In this document: one piece after another, positions 51,131-61,273 of the stretch
Layout of the letters: every line of letters starts with the position of its first letter
How positions within the stretch are numbered: the stretch's first letter is position 1
Source of the DNA: Longimicrobiales bacterium
GTDB lineage: Bacteria; Gemmatimonadota; Gemmatimonadetes; Longimicrobiales; Gaopeijiaceae
Assembly (NCBI GenBank): GCA_965197725.1
Contig: CBDANQ010000060.1
Coordinates: 64,001-128,000 of the forward strand
Reading direction: 5' to 3'
DNA: 64,000 nt
Position numbers and translations under genes: made by a program
The notes under the pieces: generated by a model
Database searches by the model: none
Told to the model about the DNA's origin: nothing
Seen by the model: only the letters and a program-made list of their open reading frames with translations

Positions 51131-52128
51131 CAGTCCGTGGAAGAAATAGGTTCCCAGCGGATGATGGGTGGGAGAGAAGGCAGACACGCGGGGGCTGTGT
51201 TGTTGTGCAAGAAGCGGGTTTTGGGGTCTGACGAGGCGATATTCGGCCCAAGGAAGGCGAAATAGCGCCGAATACGGCGGAAAAAGCGCGAGACGCGGGT
51301 TGTAACCTGAGTTGCGAGCGCAGCTTGTACGGTAGCGAGGCCCTGTAACGCACGGGGGGTTCCAACCCCGAACCGCTTGCGCATGAGAAGGCCGAGGTTG
51401 AAGGCCGCCGCGTGGATCAACATCCGTTTTCGAATCTCCTCCTGGCCCCGTATGTGGACGCGACGCAGCCCTCCGGTCACAAGCAAGTGCGCAAACCCCC
51501 GCTCCACCTTCTCGCCGCGCTGGCGCAGCAGCCGCATCCCCCGGTTGCCGCGGATCCGGCGGCGGTTGTCGTAGGTCGGCGTCTGCGCGTCCCGGTTGTT
51601 CTTCCATTTCCGGCGCCCGCGGTTGGGCTCGCTCACATAGCTGCGCAGCTCCCGCTCCTTCACGCCCGTCATGGTCTTGTTCGAGTGGTAGCCTTTGTCG
51701 GCCACCACTTCCTCGGGCTCTACCTGCACTACTTCCAGCTGCCGCTCTGCCTCGTCCAGCGTGTTGGGCAGCGACGCCACATCTCCCCCGTCCATCGTCT
51801 GCACCGTCACCGCCACAAGCGCACCGGTCTCCATGTCGACCGCCTGCTCCAACTTGTGCGCCAGGCGCGTCCTGCCGTCCTTCATCTTCGTGATCCGCGC
51901 CTCCGGGTCGTGCGGATGCACCCAGTCCTTGTTCCGACCCCTTCAGCAGCTCCAGCACCCGCCCGAACACCGCCGCGTGCGCTTCCCGAATCTCGCTCGC
52001 CACCACGAACATCTCGCCCTGCCGAGCCTCGGGCCGCTTGCCTACCGCCATCGCCGTCCTCGCTGCAAAAACCCTCGTGTCCTCCTGATTTAACACAACA
52101 GCGATGACCGGACTTTATCCACGGTCTG
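51131..52128 (-). mobile_element. IS1182/IS5-like copy 3, 998 bp with two internal deletions, CTAG duplication
   Basis: CTAG at 51127-51130 and 52129-52132; lacks the equivalents of 9124-9320 and 9371-9670. Confidence 0.92.
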
Positions 52129-52243
52129 CTAGGCCAGAAACGGCAGTTTGTGTCCCCGCGCCTCGGATCCGCTCGCGTGGTCGCGCAGGCGAGGATTTCG
52201 AGATTCAACGCCGCACGTACGGCTGTCCCAGCTACCGCCGACC

Positions 52244-53158
52244 CTAGCTCTCGATCGGGCTTTCCGGGTTGTTCCCGTACTCCTCCCACGAACCGTCGTA
52301 GTTGCGCACGGACGGGTATCCCAGGAGCTCGCTCAGGACGAACCAGGTGTGGGCGCCTCGAATGCCGCTCTGGCAATACGTGATGATCTCTTTGTCCGAA
52401 GCGAACCCGGCGCCACCGTACAACTCGGCCAGCGCGTCGGCAGACTTGAACGTGCCGTCTGGGGCGACCGCGGCGGTCCACTCCACGTTGATCGATCCTG
52501 GGATGTGGCCGCCTCTTGCGGATCTGACGCTGCGGCCCAGGTGCTCATCGGGACCTCTCGCGTCGCAGAACAGCGTCGACGGGTCGTCGGTGTGGTCCAC
52601 CACGTACTGCCAGGTCGTCCGTATCGCCGGGTCCGCCGGCCCGGCCTGGTAACTGGACGCTTCGGACTCCGGCGTCTCCGTGCTCAGCACGCGTCCGTCC
52701 GCGACCCACCTCGGCTCCCCTCCGTTGTAGATGCGGACTTGCGCATGCTGGTAGTACTTCAACACCCAGTAGGCCCTTGCGGAAGGAAGATTGTTCCGAT
52801 CGTCGTATAGGACGACCGTTTGGTCCCGCTCGATACCCAGCGAGGACAGCGCCGCCGACACACCCTCTTCCGTCGCGATCTGGCCGCGGATGGGATCGTC
52901 GGGATTCGAGAGGAGGCCCATCGACAGGAAGGACGCTCCGGGAATGTGCCCCTCTTGGAATCCTTCGAGACCCCCCCCGACGTCCACCAGGCGCACGTCG
53001 GCATCATTCATGTGCGCTTCGACCCACTCCGTGTCGACCAAGACGTCCTTGGCGTAGGAGGCCGCGACGGTCTCACCAACATCGCCCCCGCACGTGGCCG
53101 CGAGGGTTGCCAGCACCATCGCCAAGAGAGGCCTGGTCAGGGCTCGTAGATACGTCAT
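52244..53158 (-). CDS. Tandem-domain rhodanese/sulfurtransferase with lipoprotein-like signal
   Basis: LATLAATC signal, GHIPGA, YCQSGIRG and NYDGSWEEY. Confidence 0.9.
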   Translation of the reverse strand: MTYLRALTRPLLAMVLATLAATCGGDVGETVAASYAKDVLVDTEWVEAHMNDADVRLVDVGGGLEGFQEGHIPGASFLSMGLLSNPDDPIRGQIATEEGVSAALSSLGIERDQTVVLYDDRNNLPSARAYWVLKYYQHAQVRIYNGGEPRWVADGRVLSTETPESEASSYQAGPADPAIRTTWQYVVDHTDDPSTLFCDARGPDEHLGRSVRSARGGHIPGSINVEWTAAVAPDGTFKSADALAELYGGAGFASDKEIITYCQSGIRGAHTWFVLSELLGYPSVRNYDGSWEEYGNNPESPIES

Positions 53159-53400
53159 GTTTCCTCCCTCGCTTTCGCGCGCGTGATGGTCAGGCGCCAC
53201 TCGGAGGCGCCGGTTTCTTCGATATCGGTCTGGTATCCCAGTCGGGCCGCCTGGGTCGGAATCGTGTCCAGCGCCGGAGCATGATCCGTGACTACCTCGA
53301 GCGCGTCTTTGTGCTCGGAGAGCTTCTTCAGCGCGCTCACGGTCCGCATCATCGGGTACGGACAGATCTCCCCTCTCACATCCAGTTTCGTCGCTGGCAT
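53155..53400 (-). CDS. TusA/YeeD-family sulfur carrier
   Basis: LDVRGEICPYP motif. Confidence 0.92.
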   Translation of the reverse strand: MPATKLDVRGEICPYPMMRTVSALKKLSEHKDALEVVTDHAPALDTIPTQAARLGYQTDIEETGASEWRLTITRAKAREET

Positions 53401-53421
53401 GGGTCTCCCGCTCCGTGTCGT

Positions 53422-54657
53422 CTACGCGATCCGCTGTATTGCATGAGTGCCGATCCAAGCGCCGAGACCAAGGAAGACGGCAAACACCCATCCGTTGATT
53501 GCCAGCGACGGGATCGCTGAAAAGAACGCACCAATCGTGCAGCCCATGGCGATGCCCGACCCGTATCCCATCATCAAACCGCCGCCGAGGGACTGCGCAT
53601 ACCTCCTCGCACGCTTGGGCGCTCTGATTTTGAACTCTCCCGCCCCGACCGCCGCGGCGAAAGAGCCGAAGAACATGCCACACACAAGAAAGAGCATGTG
53701 GTGGAAGAAGAGTCCGTTCGAGGGCACGAGAACGCAACCCGGTAGGGATTCCACGCCAGCCAACGGTCCGGGGGAGGCGCCGAAGACGGAAGCCACTCCG
53801 GCCGACCACCGAGACACCTCGCCCGTGAAGCCCCACGGCTCCTGCGCCGTGAAGAGGAGAACGTTCAGGCCGCCCAGGGCAGCGCCCGCTGGCAGGATCG
53901 GCCAGCCGCGTACGAACACGCTCCGTGTCACGTCCTTGAGGTGGCCCCTCACGCTGTCCGTCGGCTCTCCGCCGCGCCGCACCGAAGGCACCACCATGCC
54001 GGCTCGATGCTCTACGGACACCACGAAAACGTAGACGGCCGCCAGAGCCAACAACGTCACCACTAGTGCACCCGGATGGCCCAGCCCGTGAGGCATCCAG
54101 ATCCGTGGCGCCGTGGACACGTGCACGTCCCACCACCAGTTCCACGAATACGCCGCCACCAGCAGTCCCCCCATCACCCCAGCGAAGGCGACCCACGACG
54201 CGACGTATCCCTCGCCCATGCGATACAAGCTGCCGGAGACGCATCCGCCGGCCAGGACCATGCCCACGCCGAAGAGAAGTCCGCCGAGCCCCGTGTGAAT
54301 ACCGAGCGGAAGCACATTGGCCGAAGGGGGATAGATCCCCAGTGAGGTGAGGGGCACCTGTTGGCCCATCACGACACCGAAGCCCACGGAAGCCACGGCG
54401 AGGCCCAAGAGTACGCCCTTCATGTTGCGGGCGTGGCCCAGCAGGAAGATGTCGCGGAACGCCGACGCGAAGCAGAAGCGTGCCCGCTGAAGCACGAGCC
54501 CGAACGCGAGACCGAAGGCCCAGAACATCGCGAACTCGGTGTCCGCGGTCCGTGCGACGACATACACCACTGACGCGGCAGCCCAGGCTGCCATTCCCAT
54601 GGTCACTTTGTTTGGTGCGGAGCGGGCCGGGAGGCGCGCCAAGGCATCAGTCGCCAT
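53422..54657 (-). CDS. YeeE/YedE (TsuA-like) thiosulfate/sulfur transporter
   Basis: LQRARFCF, AGGCVSG and MGCTIG; many TM helices. Confidence 0.92.
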   Translation of the reverse strand: MATDALARLPARSAPNKVTMGMAAWAAASVVYVVARTADTEFAMFWAFGLAFGLVLQRARFCFASAFRDIFLLGHARNMKGVLLGLAVASVGFGVVMGQQVPLTSLGIYPPSANVLPLGIHTGLGGLLFGVGMVLAGGCVSGSLYRMGEGYVASWVAFAGVMGGLLVAAYSWNWWWDVHVSTAPRIWMPHGLGHPGALVVTLLALAAVYVFVVSVEHRAGMVVPSVRRGGEPTDSVRGHLKDVTRSVFVRGWPILPAGAALGGLNVLLFTAQEPWGFTGEVSRWSAGVASVFGASPGPLAGVESLPGCVLVPSNGLFFHHMLFLVCGMFFGSFAAAVGAGEFKIRAPKRARRYAQSLGGGLMMGYGSGIAMGCTIGAFFSAIPSLAINGWVFAVFLGLGAWIGTHAIQRIA

Positions 54658-55462
54658 CGTTTCCGCCCCGTGAGTTCCAGTCCTGCCACGATCCGTCGTA
54701 GAGCCGCACGCGGGGAAACCCAGCGTGGCGCAGCACCATGTACGTGTGCGCCGCGCGCATGCCCGACCGACAGTAGGTGACGATCTCCCGGTCCGGCGTG
54801 ACCCCTAGCTTCGCCCACTCCGAGCGGAGCTCGCCGCTGTCTCGAGAGCACTCCCATGACCCAACCGGGACAGCGCGGAACCAGTCCCAACAAATCGCCC
54901 CCGGAAGGTGGCCCTGATCGAACTCCGTTTGAGCGCGCGTGTCGAGCAGGACGACGTCGTCGGGGATCCCGTGCTCATGGAGCCAGTCGTAGTCGGCGCT
55001 GACGTCCGCGGTCAAGCGCGATTCGAAAGCGGGCGCGCCTTCCGGTCGGGCACGCTCAGCGCGGCGGACCGTGGGTAGTCGCTCCTCCTGCCATCGGTCC
55101 CACCCACCGTTCAACACCGCGACGGACCTGTGTCCGTAGCGGTGGAGGGCCCAAACCAGCCTCGCCGAGGCCAAGCCCCAGTGAGCGTCGTAGCAGACGA
55201 CAGCGTCATTGTTGGAAAGCGTGACTCGGTCCATGAGTGCGTCGAATTCATGAGGAGGCAGCAACACGTTCTCACACCCCTCCCGCGTCCGTCCGAGCTC
55301 GGCCAGTTCCACATGGATCGCGCCGGGGATATGCTCGTCTTCGTAGGCCCGCGCGTCGCGGAGGTCGACGATGCACACCTGAGGATCGTTCGCCTGCTTC
55401 TGTAGCCAGGCCGGATCGACGAGTAGACCTGGAAGTACCATTTCTCGGCGCAGTCCCGACAC
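54647..55462 (-). CDS. Cytoplasmic tandem-domain rhodanese
   Basis: HIPGA, LNGGW, YCRSGMRA and LYDGSWQDW; start uncertain (55462 or ATG near 55441). Confidence 0.9.
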   Translation of the reverse strand: MSGLRREMVLPGLLVDPAWLQKQANDPQVCIVDLRDARAYEDEHIPGAIHVELAELGRTREGCENVLLPPHEFDALMDRVTLSNNDAVVCYDAHWGLASARLVWALHRYGHRSVAVLNGGWDRWQEERLPTVRRAERARPEGAPAFESRLTADVSADYDWLHEHGIPDDVVLLDTRAQTEFDQGHLPGAICWDWFRAVPVGSWECSRDSGELRSEWAKLGVTPDREIVTYCRSGMRAAHTYMVLRHAGFPRVRLYDGSWQDWNSRGGNDGD

Positions 55463-55575
55463 TTCGGTATCGAAGCTCCTAACAGCCTGGAGTGACCCGG
55501 GCTCCCGGGCTCCCCAGCCCGTCCCGTAAATTTATCGCTTGGCGACGGGCGAGAACACCCGCCGCCCAGGCCGAC

Positions 55576-57861
55576 TCAGAGCAGAGCGTCTAGGTACAGA
55601 TCGATCCGGAACTGCTTCGCGAAGCCGTTGAGCCCGTGGGACAAGTCCATACGGATCAGGCCGTCGAGAACGCCTCGGCCCACGCCGATGCCATAGAGGA
55701 AGTCGCCTGTGTCGAAGTCCGAGCGCAGTCCGGCCCAGCCGACGTCCCCGAACACGCTCACCGAGCCGACGTCGAGGGTCCGTGCCAACTCCAGCCGACC
55801 CCGCGCGAAGGACGACCCCATGAAGGTTGAACCAGCGTATCCGCGGAGCGTCTTGGCTCCGCCCAAGAACCATGCGCGTTGGACCGGCGCGTCGCCCCAG
55901 GTGGTTCCGCCACCGGCCTCGACGCCCAAGCGCCAGGTCGGATAGACCACCGGAACGGCCGCACGCAGAATCGCGCTGGCCCGCGCGTAGTCCGTTTCGG
56001 CTCTCGTGAACGTGGTCCTCCAGCGGGCCCCCTGTCCGTACAGTTCGAGCCCGAACTGTGCCCGAAAGGGCTCGCCACCCCACCACGGAGAGAGTCGCAG
56101 TTCGGCGCCGACCTCCTCCACCTCGTCGGCGTCGATGTTGGGTCGGAAGTCCCAACTCGAATCAAGCGCGTGGTATAGCGCGAAGCCGATCTCGGAGGAG
56201 ACCGACTCCTGACGCTCCGCATAGGCCCTGAACTCGAAGGACGCGCGGGCACCGATCGGGGGACGCCATGTGAAGTCGGCACCCGTGGCCCGGTAGTATT
56301 CTCCCTCGTCCCGTCCGAAGAGGAGTGCGTGCACCGAGTTGCCCAGCTCCAGATAGCCTCCCCGGGGGTCGGTGGTGGTGAGCTCGTGGAAGATGCCCAG
56401 GCGCAGCCGACGCCGAACAGAACTCCGCTCGAAGTCCAGGCGCACTTTCGCATCGAGATCCGCGAGTCCGAAGAATCCCTGGGCCTCGAAGGTGTAAGGC
56501 CCACCCAGGCTCGCCTCGAAGCGACCACCCGCGGCCGGTCCCTCCACGCGGTTGTACCGGACCAGGTCCTGGCGGGCCCAGCCCCAGTTCGCCGACCAGG
56601 GAATTCCCTGGATGCTCGGCGCTGGCAAGTCGGCCAGGCTGTTGACGTAGTCCTCGAGCTGGTCGTCCGACGGGAAACCCACCGCGTCTTCCCAGATCGG
56701 AGGCGGAAGACGGGGACTGGTGGCGACCAAGCTCCGTTCCTGGGGCACGATCATCAAAGACTCGCGTTCGCGCGCGAACTCTTCGTCGGCGGCTTCGTAT
56801 TCGATCCCGTCCTGCTCGGACAACAGTTGGGCGATGAAGGTCATGGCCTCGGCGCGGCTCTCGAAGTGCCGCTCTACGAGTCCCAACCGTGCGGCCGTTT
56901 CCGGCTCAGCCAGGTCTGCCTCGCTGGTTACCGACTCCATCGTATAGGAGAGGTCCATCGACACCGGCATCTTCAGGATGCCCGCGCTGACCTCCCCCTC
57001 CATGCGCATGCTGCGCGGGAGCCAGACCTCGAAGTCCCACAGGGCATAGTCGACGGCCACCATCGTCAGGTCGAACGTCCACGGCTTGAACAGGCCTGGC
57101 ACGTACTTGAACGATCCCTTGTCCTCCTCTTCCTGGAGCTCGGCGATGTCGCGCATGGCATCGAACTGCCGGCTCAGCCGGTAGACCGCCCGCACGAGCG
57201 CCCCGGACTCGGGCTCGATCCACAGGCTCCCCGTGATGCGGTGGACATCGGCCTCCCGAGGGAGTACGTCCAGCTGAACGATGAGGAGCCGACGCCCATC
57301 CGGGAGGGATAGCGTAAGCGTGTCCCCGCTTTCGTAGCGGTACAGGGAGTCGGCCCCGTTCACCAACGGGTGCGCGACCCAGTAGCCGTCCTCCTCGTTC
57401 GACTCGAAGGCGCTGTCGTCCTCGTGCGAAATGCCAAGGAGGAGGCGTTCGCCGCCCGGCTCGAAAGGCTCGTCGAACGGGAGGTCGTCCAGCCAGTCCA
57501 TGTCACCCTCTCTCACCGCGATCGACCGGCCCGGATACTGCGAGCGCGTGCCCAGGACCTGGACCACCGCGTCATGATCCCGGTCCCAGAAAGCCCGGAC
57601 GGCGGTCTCGTTGCGGTAGATGATGCGATCCTTGAGCGGGGTCCGAATCGCCGCCGCGATTCGCTGCTTGATGAGCGCCGTGTACCGCACCACCGACGCG
57701 TCGACGGATCGCCAGTTCGTCTGTGCCGCCTCGAAGAGCGTGCGCGCTCCGGAATCGACGAACGTGTCCGGCGCGACTTGTCCGGCGGCGAATTCAACTG
57801 AAAGGCCGAGCGAGGAGAGGACGCACGCTCCGAAGCGAACCAGCGCTCGCGTTCGTGTCAT
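55576..57861 (-). CDS. Large exported hypothetical protein with probable C-terminal beta-barrel
   Basis: Signal peptide, RYNRVEG, LGGAKTLRGY (Omp85-like VRGY loop) and terminal amphipathic strand. Confidence 0.7.
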   Translation of the reverse strand: MTRTRALVRFGACVLSSLGLSVEFAAGQVAPDTFVDSGARTLFEAAQTNWRSVDASVVRYTALIKQRIAAAIRTPLKDRIIYRNETAVRAFWDRDHDAVVQVLGTRSQYPGRSIAVREGDMDWLDDLPFDEPFEPGGERLLLGISHEDDSAFESNEEDGYWVAHPLVNGADSLYRYESGDTLTLSLPDGRRLLIVQLDVLPREADVHRITGSLWIEPESGALVRAVYRLSRQFDAMRDIAELQEEEDKGSFKYVPGLFKPWTFDLTMVAVDYALWDFEVWLPRSMRMEGEVSAGILKMPVSMDLSYTMESVTSEADLAEPETAARLGLVERHFESRAEAMTFIAQLLSEQDGIEYEAADEEFARERESLMIVPQERSLVATSPRLPPPIWEDAVGFPSDDQLEDYVNSLADLPAPSIQGIPWSANWGWARQDLVRYNRVEGPAAGGRFEASLGGPYTFEAQGFFGLADLDAKVRLDFERSSVRRRLRLGIFHELTTTDPRGGYLELGNSVHALLFGRDEGEYYRATGADFTWRPPIGARASFEFRAYAERQESVSSEIGFALYHALDSSWDFRPNIDADEVEEVGAELRLSPWWGGEPFRAQFGLELYGQGARWRTTFTRAETDYARASAILRAAVPVVYPTWRLGVEAGGGTTWGDAPVQRAWFLGGAKTLRGYAGSTFMGSSFARGRLELARTLDVGSVSVFGDVGWAGLRSDFDTGDFLYGIGVGRGVLDGLIRMDLSHGLNGFAKQFRIDLYLDALL

Positions 57862-59166
57862 GAGCCCTGCCTTCGACTGTCGTCCGTCGCATCGTGCCTG
57901 AAGCGGACCTCACGGAAGTCGTCCCAGGGAACCACCCGCCACCGGGACCCGTCGGGGTCGCTCGGGCGGTTCGCACCGATCGGGGCGATGAGGATGCCCT
58001 TGTTGTCCCAGTCGACGTCGTTGGAGTCGTCGAGCTCGAAGCTCCGTCCCGTCCAGGAGTGTCACCTTGGCCCCGAACGCGTCCCCTCGCTCGATCCGGC
58101 TCACGTAGCCGAGCTCGATCGTGAAGACCACATCGTCCGCACGACCGTTCAGAAATTCCCACGACCCGGCCTCGTCCGCGTCCCACCGAATCACGCCTTC
58201 GATCTGCTCACCCGACTGCGTGACCACGGTGCCCCGCAAGAGGTGGCCTCCATCGAAGGCGTCGTAACCAACGACCGCGTCCGCCTCATGGAAGCGCAGA
58301 ATCTGGAAGTCCCGCCACGCGACCTCCACCATGCCGAGGCTCGGATCCGAGATCTGAATCCCGCGGTTTCCGCGGTCGACGTCGTTCGAGCCTGTGAGGT
58401 CCAGCTCGTCCCCGTTGACCAGCACGACCCGAGCCCCACCAGGGATACGCGCAATCGAGGTGATCTCGCCGAATCGAATGTCCAGCTCGTCACCCCCCTG
58501 CATCTCTTCGCCGTCCAGCACATCGGACTTGAGGATCTCGTCCAGATCCCACGAGACGTAGCCCGTGAAGCGATTGCCGTCACGGTCTTCGACGGTTCCG
58601 TAGAGTCGGCTAGCGGAGGCCCGGGCTCCAGAGGGCGCCGCGGAGAACACGACTCGATCGAGATCACCCCAGTCGAGCTCGACTCCACGCCGCCCGGGCA
58701 CGTCCACCACCAGCTCACGGATGGAAGGTCCCAGATCCGTAGAGCCGCCCTCCAGCTCCACTAGCTCGCCAGAACGCAGGGTCAGCTCGACCCGGTCCGC
58801 ACCGATGACGCGGAGAGACGCGAGGTGCCCGAAGCGAATGCCCGACGCCGCGGCGGATGGGAAGTCGGGGTCGTCCTCCTCCCAGGAAATCCGATACCCC
58901 CGCAGGTCGATGGTGCGCACCGGCGGTCCTTCTTCACCGCTCGATTCGACCCACGCCCGGTAGTTCTCCTCGGGGATCTCTTTGGATCCGTCCAGAATGT
59001 CCACCCAGCTGCCCTCGTTCCGGTCCCAGCGGATGAACCCCTCATGGACGTCGCCGGAGGTCGTGTACACCTCGCCCCAGATCCGGTGGCCGTCCTGCGC
59101 CCACAGCGGACCGGCGAGCCACGTCGTACACAACAATGAGCAAGCAACCGTACGAGACAGCCCCAT
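57858..59166 (-). CDS. Exported three-repeat hypothetical protein; one-base frameshift near 58050
   Basis: Three G.V....G....G..(R/S)WD..E units; corrected frame reads SFELDDSNDVDWDNKGI and stops at the ATGA overlap 57858-57861. Confidence 0.7.
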
Positions 59167-59203
59167 GTAGTTCCTTGCTGAAGCGAAGGCCTGAACCTGC
59201 TTG

Positions 59204-60793
59204 TCAATAGATACGACGGCCGTCCAAGTCCGCGGGAATCGGAATGCCCGCGAGCCCAGCGAGGGTGGGCGCGAAGTCCACGGTGTAGACGGGCGCGTCC
59301 GAAGTGCCGGACTCGACGCCCGCGCCCATGAAGATCATCTCCACGTGACGGTCGTACCAATACGTCGTTTCGTGGTTCGTGCCCGTGCGATATCCCACGA
59401 GGTCTCCCTCTCCGAATCGGACTTCGACGCCCCAGCGCGATAGCGGCCCCCACGCGCGCCCCGGGTAATGCGAGTTGCGAAAGAGGACCGCGAAGGAGTC
59501 GGCGGGCTCACCGCGCGTCAGTTCCGAATGCGTGTACGCCTTCGCTACGAGTCCCCGCTTCTCGACGAGCCGGGCGAGCCGCTCCGCGAACTCCTCCGGC
59601 GAGCCACCGTCGCGCGTCGTTTCGTTGAGCGCCTCGGCGAGCCGTGCGTTCCTCTCCGTGTCCGGGATTCGTACGGCGTCCGGGTTCGTGCCCATCTCCA
59701 CCTGAGCCTCGGGGATCGTGACGACGCCGTGGTCTCCGGCGAGGCCGATCAACCACTCTCCTTCGCCGACCTCCTCGTCCAGGTACTCGAAGAACTCGCC
59801 GAGAAGCCGATCGACGTGGATCAGGTTCGAGAGCTGCTCCTGACTGAAGGGGCCGTAGGCGTGCCCGATGCGGTCCGTGGCGGAGAGTGAGATCGCCAGA
59901 TAGTCCTGATTACGGCGCTGGCCGAGCTTCAGCTCGTCGATCACCTCATGCGCCAGCGCCATGACCGCGGCATCGACGCGCGACTGCTCGAAGCCCCACA
60001 CGTTGTGGACCTGTGGGTGGTCTTCGGCGTTCTCCTCCGAGCTCACATGCGGGAACGTCGAGTGAACGCCATCGAACTCGTAGGTCGCGGAGTCGGGACG
60101 CGCGAGACTCCGAAGCCGCGCTGGTACGTCCGTGTTCCACACCGTGTCTTGCGCGATCGCTGGCATGAAGCTGCCGTTGAAGCGCATGAGCCACTCCGGA
60201 TAGCTGTTCAGGTAGTGCGTAGAGGTGATGAAGCGACCGAGCTCAGGCAGCAGCCAGTACACCTGTTCGCTCGTCTTGCCACCCATCGGGATCGCGGCGC
60301 GATCCTTCTTCGAGATCGATACCCGGCGCGACTCGTCGTTTGCGGCGCGGAGCCAGTCGGGAAGGCCTTCGCGGATCATCGCTTTCGGAGACCGCCCTTC
60401 GAGGACCTGCACGGTCTCGAAGCCGAGGATTCTGCGTGGGGGGTCGGCGACGGCGTATGAGCTCTCCCACTCACCACCGACCTGCTGGAACCAGGAGTTC
60501 GCGACGACGGCGTGGCGGGAGGGAAAGACCCCGGTGGTGAGCGTCGCGTGACCCGGAGCCGTGCTCGTGCGCGCGTGCGCGTGCGACGCCTGCGTGAAGC
60601 GGAACCCCTCGTCGAGCAGACGGCGGAAGCCGGCGGTGAAGGCCGGCTCATAGCGGTCGAGGAGATCCCCCCGAAGCTGATCGACGACCAGCATGATCAC
60701 CAGCCTCGGACCACCGTCCTGCGCCGAAAGGCTGGGCGCGACTATAGCACCGAGCGTCAGCGCCAGAAACTGTATGCGGAGGAAGCCTGTCAT
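59204..60793 (-). CDS. PafA-like alkaline phosphatase/nucleotide pyrophosphatase
   Basis: VVDQLR, TSTAPGH, KDRAAI, DRIGHAYGP and GDHG. Confidence 0.9.
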   Translation of the reverse strand: MTGFLRIQFLALTLGAIVAPSLSAQDGGPRLVIMLVVDQLRGDLLDRYEPAFTAGFRRLLDEGFRFTQASHAHARTSTAPGHATLTTGVFPSRHAVVANSWFQQVGGEWESSYAVADPPRRILGFETVQVLEGRSPKAMIREGLPDWLRAANDESRRVSISKKDRAAIPMGGKTSEQVYWLLPELGRFITSTHYLNSYPEWLMRFNGSFMPAIAQDTVWNTDVPARLRSLARPDSATYEFDGVHSTFPHVSSEENAEDHPQVHNVWGFEQSRVDAAVMALAHEVIDELKLGQRRNQDYLAISLSATDRIGHAYGPFSQEQLSNLIHVDRLLGEFFEYLDEEVGEGEWLIGLAGDHGVVTIPEAQVEMGTNPDAVRIPDTERNARLAEALNETTRDGGSPEEFAERLARLVEKRGLVAKAYTHSELTRGEPADSFAVLFRNSHYPGRAWGPLSRWGVEVRFGEGDLVGYRTGTNHETTYWYDRHVEMIFMGAGVESGTSDAPVYTVDFAPTLAGLAGIPIPADLDGRRIY

Positions 60794-60856
60794 GCTTCGG
60801 TTCTCTGAAGAGTTCTGCCACCTGGCGGACAACTAGATTATCACGTAACCGGAGTT

Positions 60857-61273
60857 GTGCGTACCATGATGGACCACATCGAGATCCATACTCGGGGCAA
60901 GGGCCTCCTCGAGATCACCGACACGGTGCAAGGCGTCGTCCGTGCCAGCGGCCTGGATCAAGGGCTGTGCACGGTGATGGTCCAGCACACGTCAGCGAGC
61001 CTCACGATCCAGGAGAACGTGGACCCGTCCGCCCGTCGCGACCTCGAGCTTTGGCTGGAGCGGCTCGTGCCGGAGGACGACCCCAACTTCACGCACGTGC
61101 ACGAAGGTCCGGATGACATGCCGTCCCACATTAAGGCGGCGCTGACGTCGACCACGCTGTCGATCCCCATCGAGCGAGGCGCGCTGGCGCTTGGTACGTG
61201 GCAGGGGATTTACCTCTGGGAGCACCGTCGGCGTGGGTCGGTGCGGCGGTGTGTGGTGCATGTTGGGGAGTGA
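60857..61273 (+). CDS. yjbQ: YjbQ/UPF0047-family protein
   Basis: [20 protein letters not shown] and [13 protein letters not shown]. Confidence 0.92.
   Translation: MRTMMDHIEIHTRGKGLLEITDTVQGVVRASGLDQGLCTVMVQHTSASLTIQENVDPSARRDLELWLERLVPEDDPNFTHVHEGPDDMPSHIKAALTSTTLSIPIERGALALGTWQGIYLWEHRRRGSVRRCVVHVGE

Noticed and set aside
48660..51365. 901-aa ORF as an IS-DUF5916 fusion
   Set aside because: The extension is read-through of an alternative IS frame; an RBS and start lie at 50900
52244..54244. 666-aa giant rhodanese
   Set aside because: The upstream part overlaps yeeE/tusA out of frame; the real start with RBS is 53158
52244..55462. Selenocysteine recoding in the sulfur cluster
   Set aside because: All catalytic positions are Cys and there is no in-frame TGA
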